Assembly: GCA_963845085.1 (NCBI GenBank)
Contig: CAWJQI010000004.1
Coordinates: 576,001 to 640,000 of the forward strand
Source: Candidatus Fermentibacterota bacterium
Lineage (GTDB): Bacteria > Fermentibacterota > Fermentibacteria > Fermentibacterales > JCC-6
Length of the DNA stretch: 64,000 bases
Reading direction: 5' to 3'
In this document: one piece after another, positions 47,237 to 56,440 of the stretch
How positions within the stretch are numbered: the first letter of the stretch is position 1
Layout of the letters: every line of letters begins with the position of its first letter
The notes under the pieces: model-generated
The model's input: the letters and a program-made list of their open reading frames with translations, nothing else
The model's database searches: none
What the model was told of the DNA's origin: nothing
Program-made: the position numbers and the translations under genes

Positions 47237-48483
47237 TTCGCCATCAGGCTCTCAATCTCATCAGGAGTTTTGGGGATGCCCGCGGAGAGAACCGTGTTCC
47301 CGTTCTCTCCAACAAGAACGTCGTCCTCGATGCGGATGCCGATCCCCTCCTCCTGGGAGTAGAAACCCGGTTCAACGGTGAACACCATTCCAGGTGCTAT
47401 TGCTATCTGCGGCACGCTTTCATCGTGGGTGTCCAGCCCGATGTGGTGACCGGCGCCATGGTAGTAGTATTTCTCGAATTCCCCGGGGGTCCGGATGATG
47501 CCCCGGGCAAGCATCAGTTCGCGGTAGAAGCAGTTCACCTCTTCGTTCCATTCCCGGTGGAGCTTGCCGGGACGCAGCAGCTCTATCGCCCTGCTCTGGA
47601 CGTCGAGAACCATCTGCATCAGCTCCCTTTGCCTCGGGCTGTACTTCCCGTTCACCGGAACAGTTCTTGTGATGTCCGCGCAGTAAAGGTTCTTCATGGC
47701 GCCGTGATCGACGAGGAGCAGTTCTCCGTCGGCAAGCACGGCGTTGTTCTCAACGTAGTGGAGGCAGGTCGCGCGTGAACCTCCGGCGCAGATCGCCGGA
47801 AACGCAGGGGTCTTCTCACCCTCGAGGGCCCACCTGTAAAGAAGCTCTGCTTCAAAGGCGTACTCGGTCATCCCGGGTGCGAGCTTCCGCACGGCCTGCT
47901 CGAAGCCAAGGCGTGTGAGCTCCACTGCCGCACTGATCTGCTCAACCTCTGCCGCATCCTTGATCATGCGCAGCTCGAAAATCCTGTCGGCCGCGCTGTG
48001 TACTGAAACCTCGGGAAATGACTGCCTGAACCTGTTCACAAGGGAGAGCCCCCTTCCGGGAAGCTCGACCAGACCGGTCCTGTGCCAGTCGAAGTGGAAA
48101 TCCCTCAAGCCTTCCTTGCATACCAGCCTTGAGATGAATTTCTCCTGCCCTCCGGTGAGGCGAATCTCCTCGACGCCGCTGGTTTCCGAAGCCTGTTCCT
48201 TCGTGAGGACAGTGCCGTACCACTTTGCATGCTCTTCATCATATGGGGAGATGAAGAGGCACTCTTTGACTTCGTCCCTTCCTGAGAGACGCCACATGAA
48301 GAGCCAGGAATCTTCCTGCACGATCCCGGTGAGGTAGTAGAGGTTCCTCGACGGCACAAGCGCGTGGACCGCATCGGCGCTTGACGGCTGTGACGACGAT
48401 GATGGCACAACGACGCAGAACTCTCCCTGAAGGAGTGCCGCGAGCCTGGCCCGCCTTTCCCTGTACAACGCAGCGCTGCTCAA
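47233..48483 (-). CDS. pepP: Xaa-Pro aminopeptidase (M24B)
   Basis: NLYYLTG, LRMIKD..E, LHY, DITRT, HGAGHHIGLDTHD, TVEPGFY, GIRIEDD. Confidence 0.9.
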   Translation of the reverse strand: MSSAALYRERRARLAALLQGEFCVVVPSSSSQPSSADAVHALVPSRNLYYLTGIVQEDSWLFMWRLSGRDEVKECLFISPYDEEHAKWYGTVLTKEQASETSGVEEIRLTGGQEKFISRLVCKEGLRDFHFDWHRTGLVELPGRGLSLVNRFRQSFPEVSVHSAADRIFELRMIKDAAEVEQISAAVELTRLGFEQAVRKLAPGMTEYAFEAELLYRWALEGEKTPAFPAICAGGSRATCLHYVENNAVLADGELLLVDHGAMKNLYCADITRTVPVNGKYSPRQRELMQMVLDVQSRAIELLRPGKLHREWNEEVNCFYRELMLARGIIRTPGEFEKYYYHGAGHHIGLDTHDESVPQIAIAPGMVFTVEPGFYSQEEGIGIRIEDDVLVGENGNTVLSAGIPKTPDEIESLMAK

Positions 48484-49094
48484 AGTATCTCCTTAACTGT
48501 CAGCTCCTCACGAGTCAATTTCGGAACATGGTGGTCACCCATGGAATCACGGAAGTACGTAAGCGAACCGGAGTGTTTTTCGAGAACGACGACTTCGGCG
48601 GGATAGCCCAGTGCCAGTACCAGTTCCGGCATAAGGCCATCCCCGCAGGCGACTGAAGCAACATCCTCGCGGCAGAAGGAGAGAAGCATGCAGCACCCGA
48701 TGCCCCTGTCCCTTGCAGCAAGAGTGATGTACGCGGCAGCTATCCCGACGTCGATCCCCGTGAACGCACGCTGATCTGCCGAGGGGGAGGAGATGACGAT
48801 GTAGGCCGAAGGACGCTCTCCCTCTGCAGGACCGTTCCAGTCGGAGAGATGGGCTGCCCAGCGGAGCCCGCGGAAGATTCTCTGCCTTTCCTGCCGGCCC
48901 GCAATGATGGAATACCTTAGCCGCTGGAGGTTCCCGGCGCAGGGGGCCAGCGCGGCGGCCTCGATGATGCCGTGAAGGTCGTCAACTGAAAGCGCGCGGC
49001 CCTCATCAAAACGTCGGATCGAGCGGGCCGTTGCGGCGAGATCAGGAAAACCCACTTTCAAAGCCTCCGTCCCGGTTGGCACAAACATACACAA
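48480..49094 (-). CDS. Nitroreductase family protein
   Basis: RSIRRF, APCAGNLQ, IDVGIAA, GIGCC, LGYP, HHVPK; start may lie further downstream. Confidence 0.85.
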   Translation of the reverse strand: MCMFVPTGTEALKVGFPDLAATARSIRRFDEGRALSVDDLHGIIEAAALAPCAGNLQRLRYSIIAGRQERQRIFRGLRWAAHLSDWNGPAEGERPSAYIVISSPSADQRAFTGIDVGIAAAYITLAARDRGIGCCMLLSFCREDVASVACGDGLMPELVLALGYPAEVVVLEKHSGSLTYFRDSMGDHHVPKLTREELTVKEIL

Positions 49095-49100
49095 CGAAGA

Positions 49101-49128
49101 GGGGGCGCGGCCTGTTGACCGCGCCCCC
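49101..49128 (-). terminator. Intrinsic terminator after hsp20
   Basis: GGGGGCGCGG-N8-CCGCGCCCCC followed by TCTTCGTT on the minus strand. Confidence 0.7.
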
Positions 49129-49151
49129 GACAGCTGTGCAGTGAGCTTTTC

Positions 49152-49592
49152 TCAGCCCTTGATGGCGATCTTCCGGTGGAGGGCCTTCTCCTCCTTGGGG
49201 ATTGTGATGGTGAGCACGCCGTCTGCAAAGTCTGCTTCGGCCTTGTCGTGCTTCACATCGGGGGGGAGGCTGAAACTGCGCACGAACGAGCCGTAGCGCA
49301 TCTCCCTGCGGTGCCAGGTGTCACCGGACTTTTCCTCCTCGACTTTCTTCTCCCCGCGGATCGTGAGTATCCCGTTGGCGACCTCTATCTCGATGTTTTC
49401 CCTCGGAATTCCGGGAAGTTCCACCTTCACGGTTATCGAGTCGCCCTTTTCGCAGATGTCAACGGGCGGCGCCCACTGGTATTCCTGCGTGCTGTCAAGC
49501 TCGGGCCACAGGCCTTCGAACACCCTGTTCATGTTTCGTACCATGTCGTAGGGAGTGAGGCCCGTTTCACGGTTCTGCCTTACAAGTCTCAT
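49152..49592 (-). CDS. Hsp20/alpha-crystallin small heat-shock protein
   Basis: WAPPVDI, ELPGI, LTIRGEK, RYGSFVRSFSLP, DGVLTITIPK; ATG after AGGAG. Confidence 0.93.
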   Translation of the reverse strand: MRLVRQNRETGLTPYDMVRNMNRVFEGLWPELDSTQEYQWAPPVDICEKGDSITVKVELPGIPRENIEIEVANGILTIRGEKKVEEEKSGDTWHRREMRYGSFVRSFSLPPDVKHDKAEADFADGVLTITIPKEEKALHRKIAIKG

Positions 49593-49645
49593 GATCTTTC
49601 TCCTTTCCGCTTTTCCCCTTTTCAGGGTATTCCGCACTCAGTCAA

Positions 49646-49663
49646 ATGCAAGAACGATGCCAG
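49646..49663 (-). promoter_or_regulatory. sigma54 (-24/-12) promoter of hsp20
   Basis: CTGGCATCGTTCTTGCAT on the minus strand, exact GG-N10-GC spacing. Confidence 0.7.
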
Positions 49664-49778
49664 TTCGGACGGAATGGAGGTTATTTTGTATCGTGTCAAT
49701 GTTTTACGCATGCAGTGAGAAAGCCGGCACGGGGGCAGGGAAAGCCCGGTGCGTCACTTCGACACACCGGGCTGGCAA

Positions 49779-51092
49779 TTACCTCCCCGAGATGCTCACG
49801 CCTTCAAGAAGCACGGCAGGGTCACGTCTTGTGGAAAGGGGGTTGAACGGGCTGTCCTGAACTGCAACCACCCTGTTCAGGACATCGTAGACGTTGCCGG
49901 CCATCATGCCGTCCATGACCCTTCCGACTATCCTTCCCTTTTCGACGAGAAGACCCGGATTGAACCCGACCGTGAAATCACCGTTGATGATGTTCCCGGA
50001 GTGCGCTCCGAGGAGGCCGAAGGCGATCACCCCTCTGTCCATCATGCCGAGCATCTCATCAAACGAAGCATCCCCGGTCTGGAAAGCTCCGTTGCGGAGA
50101 TATGGATCAGGGGAGAGGGCGACAGTCTCCCCTCCCCACATGCCTGCCCGGAAGCCTGTTCCGGTTGGCTCGATACCCAGCTTGTCCGCATAGAAAAGGT
50201 TGGTGAAGGGTCCGGTGAAGACCCCGCGGTCAAACAGGGGCAAACGCTTCACGGGGACGCCCTCGTCGTCGAAGGCTCTTCGGGCGACAGGCGGGTCGAG
50301 GTCGGGATCAACGGCAAGAGTCAGTTTGTCGGAAAGAACCTTTTCGCCTGTTCTATCTTTGAGGGGTGTGGCGCCTGCATGGAATGCCTTTGCGCTTGCT
50401 GCGGCGGTCAGCCTCCACAGGATCCCGTAAAGGCTTCCGGGCACCAGCATGACCTGCATCCTGCCCTCCCCGGCCCTCACTTCCGGCAGGGAGTCGGTGT
50501 ACATGCGACACAGGTTTCCGATCGCGGACTGGTCGACCGGAGTCGAAGAAACCCCAGCAAAGCCAATGGAAAGGCCAGTTTCCGTGCCGGGATACCGTGC
50601 GGAGAGATAGCCGAAGGCTCCGGTGCTCTTGTGAAGAATGTCGGTCCCGGTGGAGTTGATGATCCGAACAGTCTCAACTCCGCTTCCCGCGCTGCTGTCA
50701 ATGCAGCCGGGCGGCAGGGATTTGGCCTGCTCCTCCATTGCAAGGCATGTTTCAAGCGCTTCGGGGAATCCCGATGCCCCGATCCTTTCGTCGAACGATC
50801 CGGTGTCGGGCTTCATCACGGTTTCTGCGAATTGAAAGCCCGCCTCCGAACCATTTTTTAGGGAAAGAAGTGCGCAGTCGAGCAGAGCATTCCGGTCCAG
50901 CATGTTCTTCGTCCAGGCAGTGCCCATCCTGCCGTCCCTGATGACACGGATCGCATAGCCGGACTGAATGGAGGCCGTCGTGTCGACAACGCGGCCTTCC
51001 CGCCTCGCAAGCTCGACGCTCCGGGTGCGCTGCTCGTAGATCTCGGCACTGCAGCCGGCCTTCATGGCAATCTCAAGAAGTTTCTCCATCAC
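49779..51092 (-). CDS. pmbA: PmbA/TldE family protein
   Basis: AFDDEGVP, HSGNIINGDF, MAGNVYDVL; no HExxGH; adjacent to tldD. Confidence 0.85.
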   Translation of the reverse strand: MMEKLLEIAMKAGCSAEIYEQRTRSVELARREGRVVDTTASIQSGYAIRVIRDGRMGTAWTKNMLDRNALLDCALLSLKNGSEAGFQFAETVMKPDTGSFDERIGASGFPEALETCLAMEEQAKSLPPGCIDSSAGSGVETVRIINSTGTDILHKSTGAFGYLSARYPGTETGLSIGFAGVSSTPVDQSAIGNLCRMYTDSLPEVRAGEGRMQVMLVPGSLYGILWRLTAAASAKAFHAGATPLKDRTGEKVLSDKLTLAVDPDLDPPVARRAFDDEGVPVKRLPLFDRGVFTGPFTNLFYADKLGIEPTGTGFRAGMWGGETVALSPDPYLRNGAFQTGDASFDEMLGMMDRGVIAFGLLGAHSGNIINGDFTVGFNPGLLVEKGRIVGRVMDGMMAGNVYDVLNRVVAVQDSPFNPLSTRRDPAVLLEGVSISGR

Positions 51093-52450
51093 ACACCCCC
51101 TACAACCATGCCGCGAATCAGCACGGAAGGACCGCCGTGACCGCTCTTTATGTTAATCTGGCCCTTGCCGCAACCTCCACGCTCATTGAGGTGGAAGTCA
51201 TCAGCCGCGGCCTCGATGCTTTTCAGAGTGGTGAAAAGGTTTCCCATTATGTTGATGTCCTTTATCATCGGACCGATTTCGCCGTTGCGGACGAGGTAGC
51301 CGTACTGGGCTCCGAAGGTGAAGTTCTCCCCGGCTGTCTGCCCGCCCTTTGCGTCACAAAGGTACAGGCCGTCTCCCAGTTTTCGCACCAGATCCCTGAA
51401 GGCCAGACTGCCGGCTTCGAAGAAAATCGTTCCCATCCTCACGATCGGTTCGTAACGAAAGTCTTCCGCCACGCAATGGCCTGTTGTCGGTTCATGAAAC
51501 TCGCCTGCAGTTCTGAGGGAGTGGAGCCTTCCTGTAAGAACGCCCTTTTTCATGAGCTGTACCCTTCTTACCGGAACGCCTTCGTCGTCGTAGCGGTAGA
51601 AACCCACCTGCCCCGGAAGCGTGGAGTCCGCCACGATGTTCACGGCATCACTGCCCAGCCTGGCGCCCAGAGCCATCTTCGCCCTCATTGAGGAGTTGTC
51701 CTCGATGATGTCGGCCTCGCTGAAGTGGCCGAAGGCCTCATGCACGAAAACGCCTGTCATCGACGGGTTGAGAACCACATCGAAGGTGCCCGCCTTGAGG
51801 GGCTCAGCGTCAAGAAGTGCAGCCGCGAGTTCACCCCTGCTGATGAACTCGGCCTCGCGGCCGACAAGAGAGTGGTATCCGTCGGCACCCCCCACGGAAA
51901 CGCGGATGTTCTGAAGCTGACCGTCGCGCCCGGCAACGGCTTCCCCGCCGATGGCCACCGTGACGATCCTCTCCCTGATGGCGGTTCCGCGTGTGCTCGC
52001 GAAGAACTTCTCACGGTCAACCTCGGAGTAGTTGACAGTGGTCGAAACGATGCCTGGCATTCCAAGCATGATGCGGCTGTACTTTCCGGCAAGATCAACC
52101 TTGTCCTGAAGAGGGACGTCGGCAGGGTCGCCGTTCAGCGCCGGTTCAACATGGTCGGTAACGGCGGGCACATCCGCAAGCACAACCGTCTTTCCACTGC
52201 GCCCCATGACCTCCGCCCCTTCGGCCGCAAGCCTTAGGGCCTCAGGAACATCCTCCCTGCGGGTGACGGTGGCCGAGGCAAAACCCTTTTCCCGGTACAC
52301 CCTGACCACAAATCCGTCGGTTGATACGGAATCGACACCTTTCAATCGGTCCTTGATGAACTCCGCGCTTGCGGAACGCATCCGTTCATAGCGTATATCT
52401 GCGTAATCGGCCTCAGCCCCGGCCAGTATCCTCTTCAGTTCGTCAAGCAT
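51089..52450 (-). CDS. tldD: TldD family metalloprotease
   Basis: HEAFGH..EAD, YDDEGV, PIVRM, GGCGK. Confidence 0.9.
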   Translation of the reverse strand: MLDELKRILAGAEADYADIRYERMRSASAEFIKDRLKGVDSVSTDGFVVRVYREKGFASATVTRREDVPEALRLAAEGAEVMGRSGKTVVLADVPAVTDHVEPALNGDPADVPLQDKVDLAGKYSRIMLGMPGIVSTTVNYSEVDREKFFASTRGTAIRERIVTVAIGGEAVAGRDGQLQNIRVSVGGADGYHSLVGREAEFISRGELAAALLDAEPLKAGTFDVVLNPSMTGVFVHEAFGHFSEADIIEDNSSMRAKMALGARLGSDAVNIVADSTLPGQVGFYRYDDEGVPVRRVQLMKKGVLTGRLHSLRTAGEFHEPTTGHCVAEDFRYEPIVRMGTIFFEAGSLAFRDLVRKLGDGLYLCDAKGGQTAGENFTFGAQYGYLVRNGEIGPMIKDINIMGNLFTTLKSIEAAADDFHLNERGGCGKGQINIKSGHGGPSVLIRGMVVGGV

Positions 52451-52622
52451 CAACCCACCTCCCGGTAGCTTCGAGAACCCTGCTTCATGGGTGTAACATG
52501 GCGAATCCCGGACAATAGTGCTAATAGTACCAGCCAAAGGTTCCGAAGGACCGGAACTGCTTGCATGATGCCGGCAACACGATGATTACAGCGGTCAGTG
52601 AGCTGTTCGGACCCGACCCGAA

Positions 52623-52657
52623 GCGGGCGCCGGAAAGGGGGGTGAACCAGCGCCCGC
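52623..52657 (-). terminator. Hairpin after degP
   Basis: GCGGGCGC...GCGCCCGC inverted repeat; weak U tail. Confidence 0.4.
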
Positions 52658-52681
52658 CGGGGTGGGGGGGGGAATCTATCG

Positions 52682-54094
52682 CTATGGAACCATCACAATG
52701 AACCGGGTGCTTCCATCGCGCCAAATCAGGAGAAGTGCGTTTTCAGTCATTCCATTCAAAAGTAACTCAACATCTTCAGGTGTTCCGACCCTTGTTCTGT
52801 TCACCTCGAGGATCACATCGCCTTCAATCAGTCCGGATCTGCCGGCGCTTCCGGCCTGGGTCACCTCAACCACCAGAACACCTTCTGACTGTGGTACCCC
52901 GAGTTGCTCCGCCCGGTTCCCGTCAAGAGCCTGAAGCCTCCAGCCGCGGTCGACAGAGAGGGATGGCGGGGTGCCTGCAGCGGTGTCGGAAGAAGGCTGG
53001 GTGCCCAGGGTCACCCTGAAATCCATTTCTCTCCCGCCACGAACGATCCCCAGGGTCATCTCCGTCCCCGGGTCAGTAGATGCAATGAGGTTTCGCAGCA
53101 GGGCCACGCTTTGTACCGCAGCGCCATCGGTTGAGGTTATCACATCGCCGCGCTCGATGCCCGAAGCGGATGCCGGGGTGCCGGGCATGACATCTGCGAC
53201 GACAATCCCCGTGACACCGGGTTGAACGCCGAACTGCTCCCGAAGTTCCGGAGAGAGCTCCTGCAGGATCACTCCGAGCCATCCCCGTCGAACCTCGCCG
53301 AACCTGATCAGGTCGTTCATCACGTCCTGCACCATCTCCACGGGAATCGCGAACCCGATGCCCTGATTCCCTCCGGTGCGGCTTGCGATGGCCGTGTTGA
53401 TGCCTATCAGCTCACCCCTCATGTTCACAAGGGCTCCGCCGCTGTTGCCCGGGTTGATCGCGGCGTCGGTCTGGATGTAGGACTCGTAATCGGCGAGGCC
53501 CACACCTTCCCTGCCAAGGAAGCTGATTATGCCCTGTGTCACGGTCTGGCTCAGGGCAAAGGGTGTTCCGATCGCCAGCACCCACTCCCCGACCCTCGCG
53601 TTCCTGCTCTGCCCCATCGTGATGGCGGGAAGGCCTTCGGAATCGATGTGGATCACAGCAAGATCCGTTCTGGGATCAGATGCAACAAGCTTCGCCGGGA
53701 ATCTCTCGCCCGTTGCGAGCACGACCTCGAGCTCGTCCGCCTCGCCCGCGACATGATGGTTTGTGACAATGTAGCCGTCCGGGGTGACAATGACCCCGCT
53801 TCCAAGCCCGCTCTGCGTGAACTCCCTCTCCTCCCGGGGGCCAAATCCGTAGAACCCCCAGGGGGTCATTCCGAATCCCGGTACGGAAGCGGTGACCGTT
53901 GTCCGCGAGTTGATCGTCACCACACTCGGACCCACAGCTTCCGCTATGTCCGCGAAGTGCTCGCTCACAAGCATTGGATCGCTTATGACCACCGTTACCG
54001 TGTCCGGTTCAGCCGTTGCGCCTGCATCCGCCGTATCGCTGGATGGCAGGAATGGCAGAGCAACGGCGGCGATGTAAAATAGCGCCGGGAACAT
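52682..54094 (-). CDS. degP: DegP/HtrA (Do) serine protease with two PDZ domains
   Basis: GLGSGVI, TNHHV, DLAV, IQTDAAINPGNSGGAL, RGWLGV. Confidence 0.93.
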   Translation of the reverse strand: MFPALFYIAAVALPFLPSSDTADAGATAEPDTVTVVISDPMLVSEHFADIAEAVGPSVVTINSRTTVTASVPGFGMTPWGFYGFGPREEREFTQSGLGSGVIVTPDGYIVTNHHVAGEADELEVVLATGERFPAKLVASDPRTDLAVIHIDSEGLPAITMGQSRNARVGEWVLAIGTPFALSQTVTQGIISFLGREGVGLADYESYIQTDAAINPGNSGGALVNMRGELIGINTAIASRTGGNQGIGFAIPVEMVQDVMNDLIRFGEVRRGWLGVILQELSPELREQFGVQPGVTGIVVADVMPGTPASASGIERGDVITSTDGAAVQSVALLRNLIASTDPGTEMTLGIVRGGREMDFRVTLGTQPSSDTAAGTPPSLSVDRGWRLQALDGNRAEQLGVPQSEGVLVVEVTQAGSAGRSGLIEGDVILEVNRTRVGTPEDVELLLNGMTENALLLIWRDGSTRFIVMVP

Positions 54095-54230
54095 TCCTCT
54101 CCTTTCCTGTCAGTCGAACAGTTTGCATGGTTTTACCCGGCCGGAAAATGGCGGTTCCAGTGGAGGGGTTGTTGACGGCGGCCCGTGCAGGGGTTATTTG
54201 AAAATGCAGATGCGAAAGGCAGGGTGTGAC

Positions 54231-54875
54231 ATGACCCTTTTTCTTGCAGCCCTTTGCGGTTTCAGCCTTCTTTCCGGATCCATCCGATTGCCCGATCCCG
54301 CCATCGAGGGAGGCATGACCCTCTGTCAGGCACTGGCCACACGAAGGTCCGTACGCGGTTTCAATGCCACGGACAGCCTCACTCTCACTCAGTTGTCTCA
54401 GCTCCTGTGGGCCGCCCAGGGCAAAACGGGCACCCGGGGCAGGCGCACAGCCCCATCCGCAGGAGCCACCTACCCCCTCGGACTGCTCTGCGCAATTGAA
54501 AGGGTCGAGGGGACCTCACCCGGACTCTACCGTTACGACCCCGTTGACCACACCCTGTCATTCATCGCCCCCGTGCAGCAGCTGTGCAGTGATGTGGCTG
54601 AGGCATGTTACGGCCAGACGTGGATCGGGAGCGCTCCCGCGTTTCTCTTCATAGTGGCGGACTACTCCAGAACAACCGACCACTACGGCGAGAGGGGAAT
54701 AAGGTATGTCGACATGGAAGCAGGTCACGCCGGACAGAACATCTACCTCCAGGCAACCGCACTTGGTCTTGGCACCTGCGCCGTCGGAGCATTCGGCGAG
54801 GAAGCGGTGGCGGAACTGCTTCACCTGGATAACGAAACCCCGCTGTACATCTTCCCGGTCGGCGTCGGGGAGTGA
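54231..54875 (+). CDS. SagB/ThcOx-type nitroreductase-fold dehydrogenase
   Basis: RRSVR, LSQLLWAAQG, RTAPSAGATYPL, EAGHAGQNIYLQATALGLG. Confidence 0.88.
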   Translation: MTLFLAALCGFSLLSGSIRLPDPAIEGGMTLCQALATRRSVRGFNATDSLTLTQLSQLLWAAQGKTGTRGRRTAPSAGATYPLGLLCAIERVEGTSPGLYRYDPVDHTLSFIAPVQQLCSDVAEACYGQTWIGSAPAFLFIVADYSRTTDHYGERGIRYVDMEAGHAGQNIYLQATALGLGTCAVGAFGEEAVAELLHLDNETPLYIFPVGVGE

Positions 54876-54878
54876 AGG

Positions 54879-55607
54879 CTAGAACCCGATCGTTACGCCC
54901 AGAACAGCGTAGTGCAGCCAGGCGAAGGTGTAAACCGACTCAACGTCAGCTCCGCCTTCGATCGTTCTGTATCCGGCGTTGACGCTCACTCCGTCGCTCA
55001 GTTCGCGGCAAAGCTTCAGAGAGATGTCGAACGCCCTTCCCGGCCCTCCCGCCAGGCCGTTGAAATCGAGCACCATCCTGGTGGAGGGGCAGAACGAGTA
55101 TTCGCCTCTGAGGTAAAGCAGGGGCACGAATCCCAGGTCGGTCTTCTCCGCAAACAGATCACCCTGCCTGAGGCTTATCTTCGCATCGCGAATCTTTGCC
55201 GTGAAACCCACCCTCCAGTCCCAGTCCCCGCCTTCGTGGAACAGGTATCCATAGCCGACCCGCCAGGAGTTGAAGCGAAACACCGCATCGGTGGTTCCCG
55301 CCGGAAAAGTCACACCGTTGAACACAGCTTCTTCCGATAGCTCCACCGTCTCGGAAATCTCAAGCGGGGCAAGGGTGAGCTGCAGTCTGTGGCGGGGGTT
55401 CACATCCCAGTTTACGTACATCCTTCCCGCAGCCAGCGGGCCGGAACCTGCGAGTTCTACCAGGTCGATCTCGGTCGCCCCGGGGTCGTTGGGGATACGG
55501 AAATCGTTCCGTGTCTGCCAGACAGCCCCCCCCTCCAGCTCGATTGAGAGGCTTCCGGCTGATGCCAGGGCAGCGCACGCAATAAAGGCAACAAGTGACA
55601 GCCTCAT
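54879..55607 (-). CDS. Predicted outer-membrane beta-barrel protein
   Basis: Signal peptide MRLSLVAFIACAALASA; amphipathic strands; C-terminal Phe. Confidence 0.65.
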   Translation of the reverse strand: MRLSLVAFIACAALASAGSLSIELEGGAVWQTRNDFRIPNDPGATEIDLVELAGSGPLAAGRMYVNWDVNPRHRLQLTLAPLEISETVELSEEAVFNGVTFPAGTTDAVFRFNSWRVGYGYLFHEGGDWDWRVGFTAKIRDAKISLRQGDLFAEKTDLGFVPLLYLRGEYSFCPSTRMVLDFNGLAGGPGRAFDISLKLCRELSDGVSVNAGYRTIEGGADVESVYTFAWLHYAVLGVTIGF

Positions 55608-55831
55608 TCCGGACCTTCCCTTCGGGTCACCCACGCCGGACCAGCCCGGCGGAGACAGCTTTGCAAAAATATAGCACGCGATGCGCGAAAGGCTTGATTT
55701 TTTATATTTGCATTCGGGCTCGATCCGGGTGGGGAACCGCATGCCGATGTACCCGGGAGAACCCGGTCGACTGCCGAACATTTATATAATCTCCATATTT
55801 TGGTGACCGACGAAAGAACGGGAGGGGATAC

Positions 55832-56437
55832 ATGAGGTCAGCTTCAATCGTTCTTGCAGCTCTTGCGGCGGCGGCATATTCCGGCACGGCAACCTGCGGC
55901 TGGGAGGGAACCGAAACCGTTCTCGCCCTCTATGGAACAGGCGATCCTCCCATCATTGCCAGCCTCGTCACAACACCCGTTCACGGCGGGGCTCAGGCAC
56001 TGAGCCTCGAAGACAACTCCCCCACGGGCACCCCGCAGGCCTACGTCGCATGGGTGACCGGCCTGTCGGACGGTGATGAGGTCACTGCAGGCTTCTGGAG
56101 GTACGATGTCACTCCGGGAACCACCCCTCCCTCCTCAAGAATCTGGGGTCACTGGAACGACAACCCCGACGACCTGCTTGCATACAATGGAAGCGCCGGG
56201 GGCAACAACGATTATGGCCCCGGTACCGGGTGGGACCTTGTCGAGTACACCTGGACGGTTGCCGAGGGTCACACCGGGCTTGTCGTGGAGATTCGCACCT
56301 ACTCAGAACCCGGCGATACCGTATTCATTGATGATCTTACCGTGACCGCACCCGACGGAACCTCGATCTGGACGCCTGAGAACTACCTGTCCCTTGAGGG
56401 ATGCAGCTGGGGGGCAATAAAAAGCCTTTCCTGGTAG
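55832..56437 (+). CDS. Secreted beta-sandwich-like protein with C-terminal SWGAIK motif
   Basis: GGAGGGG RBS; signal peptide; FIDDL strand typical of CBM-like folds; ends SLEGCSWGAIKSLSW. Confidence 0.7.
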   Translation: MRSASIVLAALAAAAYSGTATCGWEGTETVLALYGTGDPPIIASLVTTPVHGGAQALSLEDNSPTGTPQAYVAWVTGLSDGDEVTAGFWRYDVTPGTTPPSSRIWGHWNDNPDDLLAYNGSAGGNNDYGPGTGWDLVEYTWTVAEGHTGLVVEIRTYSEPGDTVFIDDLTVTAPDGTSIWTPENYLSLEGCSWGAIKSLSW

Positions 56438-56440
56438 GAC

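Noticed and set aside
49630..49652. CIRCE element before hsp20 (and a TTAGCACT half-site near 52517-52524)
   Set aside because: Only half-site similarity; the TTAGCACTC-N9-GAGTGCTAA spacing and second arm are missing
49779..54875. Microcin B17-like RiPP cluster (TldD/PmbA plus SagB)
   Set aside because: No YcaO cyclodehydratase, precursor peptide or exporter nearby; SagB is divergent and separated by degP; stand-alone copies of these genes are common
55608..55831. Possible ncRNA or riboswitch in the divergent intergenic region
   Set aside because: Only an imperfect AT-rich inverted repeat and a TATAAT; no recognisable RNA family, and consistent with divergent promoters
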